54,610 nt of DNA from a virus (taxonomy: Duplodnaviria; Caudoviricetes). Positions 16,976-25,316 of this stretch are shown here, piece after piece (the first letter of the stretch is position 1; each line of letters starts with the position of its first letter). The stretch lies in the IMG/VR virus record IMGVR_UViG_3300011423_000010, positions 1 to 54,610 of that record; one strand, given 5' to 3'. The notes under the pieces were generated by a model. That model was not told the origin of the DNA. It saw nothing but the letters and a program-made list of their open reading frames with translations, and searched no databases. Both the position numbers and the translations under genes were made by a program.

Positions 16976-18121
16976 ATGACGAATTCAGAAATCGAACAAG
17001 AAAATTTTGTCCTAACAGATAAGTATGTCTTTATGGATAAAGCTATGGCTATTCTTGATGTTGCATTAAAGACTGAAAAGAATGTTATATTATATGGCCC
17101 AGGAGGTCATGGAAAATCAGAGCTTAGTTATGATTTTCTAGTTGAGAAAGGAATTATTCCTTATGTATTAACTTTTGGTACAGGTATGACCGCTGATAGG
17201 TTATTTGGTGGATTGAATATTCCTGTTCTTCAAAATGATGGTAAGATTGAGTATTTAGTGGAGAATAGTTTTATGAACCATGAATATGTAATCTTTGAGG
17301 AAATGATGGATGGTCAAGACCATTTGTTAGAACAATTGAAAGATATTTTATCTTCAGGGTATTTCAGAAATGGTACTCAGGTATTCAAGATTAAAACTAA
17401 GCTTATTATTGGGTGTACCAATAAAACAAGAGCAGAGTTTTCTAAGAATAATTCATTGAGAGCTTTAATGGAAAGATTTCCATTAGAATTGAATGTGATG
17501 TGGGATAACTACACTGAAACTGCTTATAGAACTTTGCTTGAAAAAAGATTTGGAGAAATTGACCCAATGATGCCTTTTCTTCTTCAGGAGTATTCAAGGA
17601 ATAGTATAGTTATCAGTCCAAGGATTGCTTTAGATAGTTATGAAATCTTTGAAGTATGTGGGCCAGATTCTTTAATGTTTATTGCTGAATTTGTGCAGAA
17701 ACCAAACTTAATTAAGGACTCTTTGAAGAAATTTGAAGCTACTATTAAGTTTAAACAAGCAGGAGCTGAGGTTGAAGAGCTAATTGCTAAGTTAACAGCA
17801 AATGATAATAGAACTGTTGATAAAAAGAGAATATTTTTAGAAGATTATAAAGCACTTAATAGTGCATATTCTAAAATTAAATCTTTTGTGGTAACTGATG
17901 ATTTAGCTGCTACTCATGCTTTAATGGTCAAAAAGATTTCTGATGAAATTGGTAATAATTCTGAAAGAAAGCAAAACTGTGAAATTAAAGTAAGAGAACA
18001 TGAAACAAAATCTCTTAATAAGAAACAGAGAGCTGCTATTGTAGATGTTATAGGTTCAGTACAAGCACAAGCTGAACAGCTTAAAGATGCTTTAGTAAAT
18101 GATAAAGACTATCCTTTCTAA
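16976..18121 (+). CDS. MoxR/RavA-like AAA+ ATPase
   Basis: Walker A GPGGHGKS, Walker B VIFEEM, sensor CTN, ALMERF arginine finger, ISPR. Confidence 0.85.
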   Translation: MTNSEIEQENFVLTDKYVFMDKAMAILDVALKTEKNVILYGPGGHGKSELSYDFLVEKGIIPYVLTFGTGMTADRLFGGLNIPVLQNDGKIEYLVENSFMNHEYVIFEEMMDGQDHLLEQLKDILSSGYFRNGTQVFKIKTKLIIGCTNKTRAEFSKNNSLRALMERFPLELNVMWDNYTETAYRTLLEKRFGEIDPMMPFLLQEYSRNSIVISPRIALDSYEIFEVCGPDSLMFIAEFVQKPNLIKDSLKKFEATIKFKQAGAEVEELIAKLTANDNRTVDKKRIFLEDYKALNSAYSKIKSFVVTDDLAATHALMVKKISDEIGNNSERKQNCEIKVREHETKSLNKKQRAAIVDVIGSVQAQAEQLKDALVNDKDYPF

Positions 18122-18123
18122 TT

Positions 18124-19635
18124 ATGGGAGGGCGTTCTAAACCTTGGTTCTCACCAAGGGCAGTAGTGGGTCCTATTAAGACAGGACCTAATTCTTATCG
18201 TTATGAAGCTAGGAAGAACTTTGACAATGAACTAGATGAATCTGAAGACATTAATAGTGACTTCTATGCTAGTAAGTTTGAGTATCCTAGTCATGTATCT
18301 TGGAGAGAGAAAAGAAAAGCTGATAGAGAGAAAACTTATAATCATGCTTTACAAGCTAAACCTAAGTTTGCTTGGACTCCTACAAGATGGTCAACTTTCT
18401 CTTTTGATTCTTTTCTAGGTACAAATGTTGATGATAATTCTAATTTGTTTGTGAAAGAGCCTGAGAGTTATGTAACTCCAACTGTTTCAGAGATTAGGGC
18501 TAAAACTAACTATTGGACTGATACGGATATTAGGAGAATTAAAGAAATAGCAAGAGCTTGTTATCTAAAAATGATTGATGACAAAGATTATATTGCTGAA
18601 AAGTTCAAAAATCAAGAAGATTCTGGTTTATCTGAAGAAGCTTGGAATGCAAGAAAAGCAATCATTGATAATGTGTATGAAGATTTTATTCCTGGAATTA
18701 GTCCTTTAGAACAAGCTTTAGCTGTTAACACTCGTATTAGAGATGCTGATGCTGCTAATCATAAGCGTGAATATAAAGCAGATAAATATCAATCTACATA
18801 TTTCAGATTTAGAAGAGAGAACTATGCTGATCCTGTATTAAACAATCAACTTGAAAAGAATGCTTTGAGTGGTAAAAACAAATTGGAAATTCTGGATAAG
18901 ATTTCTATTATTGGAGAGCTTGGTACTCAATTCAAGGTTGAAAAAGAATGTGGAGAAACAGAAGTTGATAATTCTAATCATTTCAAGATGAAGGTTATGA
19001 GAGATTATGACCAGCTTCAGAGAATTGAGATTTATCAGAGGTTATTTCCTAATTTTGATCAGAAGTTCTTCACTAAGAATCTAATTGTTAATGTTCCTGT
19101 TAAGACTAGTGAGTTAAAACAGAAGATTATATTGATAGTTGATTATTCTGGTAGTATGGACTATGAGAACAAGCAAAAATGGGTAAATGCTCTATTGATT
19201 GACAGATTTAGATATGTTATAAAAGGAGAGGCTGAAATTTTCTTTAGTTTCTTTGTATCTAGTCCTAATCAATTACATTTTACTCATCTTAAGAATGAGG
19301 AAGATGTTAATGAATTCTGGAAAAAGTTCTCTAATCATCCTTGTGGTTCATTCACTGATATGGGTAGAATTGTGACTCATATTAGTGATGAGATAATTAA
19401 GAGAAAGAGGTTATGTAATCTTGACATTGACTTATCTGCAGAGAAACCTGAAATTCTAATCATTAATGATGGTCAAGATGAGGTAGGATACAAATCATTT
19501 CCTTATAAAGTGAATGCTATTAGCTTAATGTCTTATAGTAGTGAACTTCGAAAACTGTGTGTAAACTCAGGAGGTAAACAAGTAAGGATATATGAAGATG
19601 GTAAAATCAAAACCTATGCTAAAGAAGTAGCATAG
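18124..19635 (+). CDS. VWA (MIDAS) domain protein, MoxR partner
   Basis: IVDYSGSM, GSFTD, IINDGQD at C-terminus; adjacent to MoxR. Confidence 0.85.
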   Translation: MGGRSKPWFSPRAVVGPIKTGPNSYRYEARKNFDNELDESEDINSDFYASKFEYPSHVSWREKRKADREKTYNHALQAKPKFAWTPTRWSTFSFDSFLGTNVDDNSNLFVKEPESYVTPTVSEIRAKTNYWTDTDIRRIKEIARACYLKMIDDKDYIAEKFKNQEDSGLSEEAWNARKAIIDNVYEDFIPGISPLEQALAVNTRIRDADAANHKREYKADKYQSTYFRFRRENYADPVLNNQLEKNALSGKNKLEILDKISIIGELGTQFKVEKECGETEVDNSNHFKMKVMRDYDQLQRIEIYQRLFPNFDQKFFTKNLIVNVPVKTSELKQKIILIVDYSGSMDYENKQKWVNALLIDRFRYVIKGEAEIFFSFFVSSPNQLHFTHLKNEEDVNEFWKKFSNHPCGSFTDMGRIVTHISDEIIKRKRLCNLDIDLSAEKPEILIINDGQDEVGYKSFPYKVNAISLMSYSSELRKLCVNSGGKQVRIYEDGKIKTYAKEVA

Positions 19636-19654
19636 GTTTTTAATTCTTTTTATT

Positions 19655-19888
19655 ATGACTAGAGAACAATTTAATAGTTTGCAAACTGGAGACCATCTTT
19701 TGATGTATAATGCTAGAGTTAGAGAGGTATTAAAGGTAACTCAATGTTGGAATCATTGGGTACAATTAAAACCAAGAACTTCTATTACATTGAAAAAAGT
19801 TGGTGGAAGATATAATACTACTTATGTTTATGGTGACATGAAGAATAAGGTAGTAGGAGTTTTTAGGGTTAAAAAAAATCCCCATTAA
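19655..19888 (+). CDS. Small basic SH3-like hypothetical protein
   Basis: LQTGD.L pattern, 77 aa. Confidence 0.5.
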   Translation: MTREQFNSLQTGDHLLMYNARVREVLKVTQCWNHWVQLKPRTSITLKKVGGRYNTTYVYGDMKNKVVGVFRVKKNPH

Positions 19889-20247
19889 TAGTGGGGATTA
19901 CCTTTATGTTTACCAGGGTTATCTTTAACTTTCTTTCGTCCTTGAGTACCTTCTTTATCATTGTCACGTTCTTTTTTATTCTTGTATACGTGAACATCTT
20001 TATGTTGAGAGTATACTACTCTTACATGATTATCAAAGTCATCACCATTTACCCATTCTTCTCTATTATTAATGTATCTAATGTGGATACGAGTATTGGT
20101 AACAGCTAGGATATATACCTTATATGAGTTATACTCATAGTAATCACCCACACAAATATGGTGGTTATAACATTTTATAGGGCCTTCAGTGTGTACTGCA
20201 CAAGAGGCAACAACCATAAACATCAATAGTAAGATTAGCTTTTTCAT
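19885..20247 (-). CDS. Lipoprotein, lone antisense gene
   Basis: MKKLILLLMFMVVASC lipobox; charged tail ending NPGKHKGNPHY. Confidence 0.7.
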   Translation of the reverse strand: MKKLILLLMFMVVASCAVHTEGPIKCYNHHICVGDYYEYNSYKVYILAVTNTRIHIRYINNREEWVNGDDFDNHVRVVYSQHKDVHVYKNKKERDNDKEGTQGRKKVKDNPGKHKGNPHY

Positions 20248-20264
20248 TTTATTTAGATTTTAAA

Positions 20265-20272
20265 CAAAGTTA
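20265..20272 (-). promoter_or_regulatory. Bacteroidota -7 promoter element (TAACTTTG)
   Basis: TAnnTTTG about 18 nt upstream of the lipoprotein ATG. Confidence 0.55.
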
Positions 20273-20302
20273 CGTAAATTTATTAACCAAAAAAAAACAA
20301 CA

Positions 20303-20770
20303 GTGAGAACGAACGAAGAAATTTTAGAAAGACATGCATCTGAAGATTCATTTGATATTTTCAATGCACAAAGAACAGCTCTTTTATGTATGTTACCATA
20401 TGAAATAGCTAAACCTCATCTGGACCCAGTCTATGTACAAAAACATGAAGATGGTACTCTGCAAGATGATGAGAAATGGAAGGAAGGTTGGGATGTTAAA
20501 GACCAAATCATTGATTATCTTCCTCATATGTATAAAGCTATGAGAGCTCATAATGATTTTGAAATCAGTGTGGGTGTATGTTATCTTAGAATCTGGGTAT
20601 GGACAGAAGACTCAAGCTTCTATGATGTAATTGACCATATGTTTGAAAGCGAAATGCTTGATGCAGGATTACTAACTAATGCCATAGCTAAACATTATGG
20701 ATATGAGGATTCTATAACTGACATTCCTTTTGAGGAAATAAATACTGACGAAGATGAAACTACTACTTAG
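20303..20770 (+). CDS. Acidic hypothetical protein
   Basis: 155-aa ORF, GTG start after A-rich leader. Confidence 0.65.
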   Translation: MRTNEEILERHASEDSFDIFNAQRTALLCMLPYEIAKPHLDPVYVQKHEDGTLQDDEKWKEGWDVKDQIIDYLPHMYKAMRAHNDFEISVGVCYLRIWVWTEDSSFYDVIDHMFESEMLDAGLLTNAIAKHYGYEDSITDIPFEEINTDEDETTT

Positions 20771-20954
20771 AATAATCGTAAGTGTATTATCATTATTTGG
20801 AGCTGTGCTCTCAGTAATGAATTTGTTTAAGGCACTCAATAAAGGAAATCTCTTTGTGAGTGCTGTTTCAATAACCTGTTTAATTATAATTGTTTATTTT
20901 ACTATAAAAACGAAACTGTTCACTGAATTTAAATCTAAAAAAGAAGAAGAATGA
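20754..20954 (+). CDS. Two-TM membrane protein
   Basis: Hydrophobic helices. Confidence 0.55.
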   Translation: MKLLLRIIVSVLSLFGAVLSVMNLFKALNKGNLFVSAVSITCLIIIVYFTIKTKLFTEFKSKKEEE

Positions 20955-21193
20955 TGATCATTTATTTAATTATTACGTTTTTAGTTACCTATTTTGCTAT
21001 TAAAAAGTGGAGTGATGAGATGTTAAAGAAGGTTAAAACTTCTAAATATCGTGAATGGGCAGATACACCAGAATTCTGGTATATAGTTCTTACAATAGTA
21101 TTTTGGCCTGTAGTTGTCCCAGGCTATTTTCTATGGAAATTAATGGACAAAATAACAAACAAAATTAAAAAAAAAGATGAAGAAAGTCTTTAG
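20951..21193 (+). CDS. Two-TM membrane protein
   Basis: Hydrophobic helices, FWP motif. Confidence 0.55.
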   Translation: MMIIYLIITFLVTYFAIKKWSDEMLKKVKTSKYREWADTPEFWYIVLTIVFWPVVVPGYFLWKLMDKITNKIKKKDEESL

Positions 21194-22010
21194 TATTGCC
21201 TTATTCGGAGCATTGTTAGCAATGTCTTCATGTACAACAGCTGATTCGGGAGAAGTAGCATTGATTGTAGATCAAATTGGAAACTCGAAAGGTATCCCAA
21301 ATGTCCAGATGGAATCAGGATTCATTATGTATTTTCCACCAACCCAGGATGTGTTTACCTATCCTACAAGCGTGCAACATGTTGAGTGGCTCAAAGAAAC
21401 AACTTCACAAATTGATGTTACCTCAGCAGATGGAGCATCCTTTGGGCTAGATGTAGCCCTAAATGTAAGATTGGTAAGAGATAGAGCTGCAGAACTATTC
21501 ATTAAGTACAGAGTTCCAATGGAAGATTTAATAAAAACTCGAATTAGAGCCCTGGTTAGAAAGGAACTTGTTGATAATTCCGTTAACTTTGCATCAGATA
21601 GTTTGTTGCAACATAGAAATATCTATGAAACAAATGTATCAAGAACATTAGCTGTAAGGCTAGAGAAAGAAGGTTTTCTTCTTGATAACTTATCTATTTT
21701 GAAGATGGACTTACCAGAATCATATAGAAATGCTATCAATAAGAAGATTAGGGTTATACAGGAAACAGCAACTATTAGAAGCCAAACTGAACAGGCTACT
21801 CAAGAAGCTCTAAGAAAGGTAGCAGTAGCTAAAGGTAATTATGAAGCTGCTCAATATGATGCTAAAACTAAAGAAGTTATGTCAGCACCTAAAATGTTAG
21901 AACTATATAGAGCTGAAACAGAAAGAATTTGGGCTGAAAAAGGTACAAGTCCTTATGGAGCAAACAATGTATTTGGTACTTCTTCAGGATTAATTCTGAA
22001 TAGGTCATAA
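21177..22010 (+). CDS. SPFH/band-7/prohibitin family protein
   Basis: N-terminal anchor/lipobox MSSC; YPTSVQ, TSADG..LDV, LPESYRNAINKK, AVAKG.YEA coiled tail. Confidence 0.88.
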   Translation: MKKVFSIALFGALLAMSSCTTADSGEVALIVDQIGNSKGIPNVQMESGFIMYFPPTQDVFTYPTSVQHVEWLKETTSQIDVTSADGASFGLDVALNVRLVRDRAAELFIKYRVPMEDLIKTRIRALVRKELVDNSVNFASDSLLQHRNIYETNVSRTLAVRLEKEGFLLDNLSILKMDLPESYRNAINKKIRVIQETATIRSQTEQATQEALRKVAVAKGNYEAAQYDAKTKEVMSAPKMLELYRAETERIWAEKGTSPYGANNVFGTSSGLILNRS

Positions 22011-22025
22011 AATTAAAATCTAAAC

Positions 22026-22230
22026 CCTGATAGAAACTATATAGTAATATATAGAATGGATATAGCTGTATGAGATATGCTATTATATACCATTGGGAGC
22101 TCTCAGCAGTGATTCGAAAAGCTATGCAGTTTTAAAACTCTTATAGAGCCTTACAAACTAGAATCGCGTGACCTTACCTCTTATACAAGCTCCGTAACTG
22201 ATAACTCGGTAAGCTATAAGAAAAGGTGCT
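22026..22230 (+). ncRNA. Candidate structured RNA (multi-stem, pseudoknot), family unknown
   Basis: Stems GTGATTC(22109)/GAATCGC(22161), ACCTT..TCTTATA/TATAAGA.AAGGT, and GGAGCT(22096)/AGCTCC(22188) crossing the latter; G-U pairs favour the plus strand. Confidence 0.5.
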
Positions 22231-22255
22231 AATTTTTAATTTAAAAATAAATGTT

Positions 22256-22657
22256 ATGAAAAAGTTACTTTTGGGGCTTATGCTCCTGGTCTGTTTGTCT
22301 GGTTTCAGTCAAACTAAAATTCTTGGAGTGTACAACACTGGTAATTCTACTGGTGCTGAAGCTATTTTTTCTTTTAAACCTTTAGAAGAACGTGTGTATT
22401 CTTTAGGAGCAGGTATTACTGGAGGTAATAACTTCAAAACTGAGTATGGTATCCTTACTCAGGATGTTACCAAAAACTTCAGTATTGGTGGAAAAGTAGG
22501 TGGATGGAACCCATGTGGTCATGGGCAAAATAATACCTATCTGTACTATGGAACAGTTGCTTATCTTCAATTTACAGGAAAAGATAAAGGCTGGGTATTA
22601 GGTACAGAATATGATAATCTTAAACATTTTAGTTTTGGTTTAGGTTATAAATTTTAA
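22256..22657 (+). CDS. Small outer-membrane beta-barrel protein
   Basis: Sec signal ending GFS-Q; alternating Gly/aromatic strands; C-terminal FSFGLGYKF beta-signal. Confidence 0.7.
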   Translation: MKKLLLGLMLLVCLSGFSQTKILGVYNTGNSTGAEAIFSFKPLEERVYSLGAGITGGNNFKTEYGILTQDVTKNFSIGGKVGGWNPCGHGQNNTYLYYGTVAYLQFTGKDKGWVLGTEYDNLKHFSFGLGYKF

Positions 22658-22676
22658 GCATAGATTACAAAGTTTT

Positions 22677-22710
22677 ATACCCACTCCTGAAAAGGGGTGG
22701 GTATTTTTTT
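22677..22710 (+). terminator. Intrinsic terminator
   Basis: ATACCCACTCCT-GAAA-AGGGGTGGGTAT then T6. Confidence 0.85.
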
Positions 22711-22740
22711 AATATAAATGGAACACAAAATCGAACAAAA

Positions 22741-23496
22741 ATGAAAAAATTAGAAATTAAAACATTGGGAGCTAACTCAAAGAAAGGATTTTCTTTATTA
22801 GCAGGCATAAACAGACCTGTAGTGCCTAGTCATGTTACACGAATGGCTAAATCAATTGAACGTATGGGTGTTATTAGACCTGTAGTGGTGGCTAAAGCTG
22901 ACTTTTTAGGAGTTAAAGATGCTTTGTATATAATAGATGGTCAACATTTATTTCATGCTCTATTGAGACTTGGAATTGATATTCCTTATACCGAAATAAA
23001 TGTTTATGATCATATAGACTTAGTGGATAATATCTCCCTGCTAAATAGTTCTTCTAAATCATGGTCCATGAGAGATTATATACAAGCTTGGTCATCAATT
23101 AGTGAAGACTATGATAAATTGCAGAATTATTTCAATATTTATGACATTGAATTACAGCAATTGGCAGAAATCTTAATGGAGAACAGTTCTAATGCTAGAG
23201 CTGGAGGTAATAGTAATATAACCAGAGTGATTAAAAAAGGTCAATTTTCAATTGAAGATGAAGATTTGGGTGTATCATTGTTAAATAAGGCTACTGATGC
23301 TATGAAAGTAATTCCTAGATTAGATAGATCTTCTAATAGAATGTTTATTTCTAGTTATGTAAATTTTGTTACAACAGAAAAAGGTTATAATCATTCTGAG
23401 TTCTTGAAAGCTTTGATAGCTAATAAAGATAAATTTAAGCTATCAACACAAGACCCAGATGAGTTTAAAAAATTATTTAAAATCATTTTAAAATGA
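22741..23496 (+). CDS. ParB/Srx-like N-terminal domain protein (DGQH type)
   Basis: NRPV..SHV..MAKSI...G..RPVVV...YIIDGQHL..AL; LNSSSKSWS..DY. Confidence 0.75.
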   Translation: MKKLEIKTLGANSKKGFSLLAGINRPVVPSHVTRMAKSIERMGVIRPVVVAKADFLGVKDALYIIDGQHLFHALLRLGIDIPYTEINVYDHIDLVDNISLLNSSSKSWSMRDYIQAWSSISEDYDKLQNYFNIYDIELQQLAEILMENSSNARAGGNSNITRVIKKGQFSIEDEDLGVSLLNKATDAMKVIPRLDRSSNRMFISSYVNFVTTEKGYNHSEFLKALIANKDKFKLSTQDPDEFKKLFKIILK

Positions 23497-23774
23497 AAAC
23501 TGAACAAGATGGAATTTTAGAAAGCTTAGGAATGACTGCAGAACAACTCTCAGAGAGATGTTCTGAGTTTCCTATGTTTATTGCCAAAAAAGCACTACAT
23601 AAAGAAGAAATAGTGCCTTTAGACCTTGTAGAATTTATTAAAAATTTTTATACCTATAATGAATTGATCTACTTTTCTCTTACCTATTTGGTGGAGAAAA
23701 GTTCTAAAATCATGGAAGACCCTATGGCTCAACAACTTCTTAAAGAGTGGGGTAGAGCTAACAGAAATAAGTAA
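23493..23774 (+). CDS. Hypothetical protein
   Basis: 93-aa ORF, ATGA-coupled. Confidence 0.55.
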   Translation: MKTEQDGILESLGMTAEQLSERCSEFPMFIAKKALHKEEIVPLDLVEFIKNFYTYNELIYFSLTYLVEKSSKIMEDPMAQQLLKEWGRANRNK

Positions 23775-23793
23775 CAATTTTAAATCAAATATT

Positions 23794-24696
23794 ATGTCAA
23801 GTTCAAAAACAAATTCAGAATTATTGCACTCTCTAAAACAATCAAACAAGATTGCAAGAGAAAGCAGAGCTAAAAAGTTAGGTTTTAGCTCTTACAGTGT
23901 GTTATTAGCTTTTCTTGAAGGAGCTATATTTAGTGGGAAAGGGAATGTTCTCTATTCCTCACCTGTTAGTGGTAGTAGTAGCTCTACTAGCTCTAGTAAG
24001 CCTAGCACTAGTAAGACTAGTAGTAGTACTAGTAAGTCAAGTAAATCTACTGCTAAAGTAGAAACTAAAAAGTCTTCCAGTAGCAAACGTATAACTATAC
24101 ATGTTGTAGATGTATTGGATGCTAGTGGGTCAATGAGTGGTGGTAAGTTTGTTTCTGCCATTAAGGGTATTAACATGGGTATTAAGCAAATGAAAGAGGA
24201 TATTATTCCTGTAGATTATACTTACACTCTATGTGATTTCTCTGATGATATTATCTTCAGAAATATTAAGACTCCTATTAAAATTGTTGAATCTGTGAAA
24301 GGAGAAACAAGAGGAAGTACAGCTTTATTTGATGCTATTGGTATGTCTATTGATCATATAAAAAGTGGTCTTAAAAGTGATGAGAAAGTATTGGTAAATG
24401 TTTATACTGATGGCCAGGAGAACTCTTCAAGACATTATAAAGGAGCTCAAATTGCCAGTGCTATTAAAGAATTATCTACTCAAGGGTGGACATTTACATT
24501 CATAGGTACTGATGTAGATGTTAAATATGCTCAAAGTATCCTACATTTTCACGAATCTAATACCTTGGTTCATGATAATACTGCACAAGGTATGGAAAAA
24601 TCATTTACTGCAAACAATCTATCAAGAAGTGCATACTCTTCTAAGGTTTCTAAAGGAGAAGATGTTAGCATAGGCTTCTACAAAGACATTAATTAA
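23794..24696 (+). CDS. VWA domain protein with Ser/Thr/Lys-rich linker
   Basis: DVLDASGSM, GSTALFDAIG, YTDGQENSS. Confidence 0.9.
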   Translation: MSSSKTNSELLHSLKQSNKIARESRAKKLGFSSYSVLLAFLEGAIFSGKGNVLYSSPVSGSSSSTSSSKPSTSKTSSSTSKSSKSTAKVETKKSSSSKRITIHVVDVLDASGSMSGGKFVSAIKGINMGIKQMKEDIIPVDYTYTLCDFSDDIIFRNIKTPIKIVESVKGETRGSTALFDAIGMSIDHIKSGLKSDEKVLVNVYTDGQENSSRHYKGAQIASAIKELSTQGWTFTFIGTDVDVKYAQSILHFHESNTLVHDNTAQGMEKSFTANNLSRSAYSSKVSKGEDVSIGFYKDIN

Positions 24697-24715
24697 TCTT
24701 TAAATTTTTAATATT

Positions 24716-25315
24716 ATGACTTCAAAAACAGCAAAAGCTCCTTCAACAACAACAGGAGTAAGCAAAGGTTCAATCCTTAGTGAAACTTCTTTCTATGTAG
24801 TGAAAGAGGTAAAAAGTGATGTGGTTATTGTGACAGATGATTTTGGTCACGAAATTACATTAGGTAAAAAATATGTAGACCAAATTACAGTGTCTGCAGA
24901 TTGGTATGATTCTGAGGAACCAAAATCAATGACTGAATTGGCAGAGATTTTTATTAACAGCCCTCGTATTGCTATGTCTGTATCTTTCATTACGAAATCT
25001 ACAGAGAAAAGTAAGAAAGAGTTTGAATCTGAAAAAGCATCTAAAATTCAAGAAATTCAAAACGCAAGTTTGAGTAGTGCTTCAGCATTGTTAAGTGATT
25101 TGATTGAAAATCCTATTACTAAAATAATTCCTGGACATTTGAGAGTTATCAAAGGTCGTCATTATGGAAAAGTTGATGATTTAGGAAGAATTCATTTCAT
25201 TGATATGGAACTTGGTCGTGATGCAACTAAAACTTATGATACACGTTCCAGACAAGTGGATCCAAGAACTCTTCAATGGTTAATCGTAAATGGGGTGAAG
25301 TATTTTCTAAAGTAA
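24716..25315 (+). CDS. Conserved phage hypothetical protein
   Basis: LSETSFY...KGRHYG..DDLGR..F.DME...RQVDPRTL.WLIVNGVKY. Confidence 0.7.
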   Translation: MTSKTAKAPSTTTGVSKGSILSETSFYVVKEVKSDVVIVTDDFGHEITLGKKYVDQITVSADWYDSEEPKSMTELAEIFINSPRIAMSVSFITKSTEKSKKEFESEKASKIQEIQNASLSSASALLSDLIENPITKIIPGHLRVIKGRHYGKVDDLGRIHFIDMELGRDATKTYDTRSRQVDPRTLQWLIVNGVKYFLK

Positions 25316-25316
25316 A

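Noticed and set aside
22026-22235. SAM-I riboswitch, hammerhead, group I intron or tRNA identity for the structured region
   Set aside because: Only fragments match (GGTGCTAATT, CTGATAGAAAC, TCAGCAG, TTCGA); the P1 AUC/GAU, the CUGANGA-stem-GAAA core, the R/S elements and a cloverleaf are absent
23965-24085. CRISPR or tandem DNA repeat array
   Set aside because: Irregular micro-repeats in frame within a Ser-rich linker; no repeat-spacer periodicity
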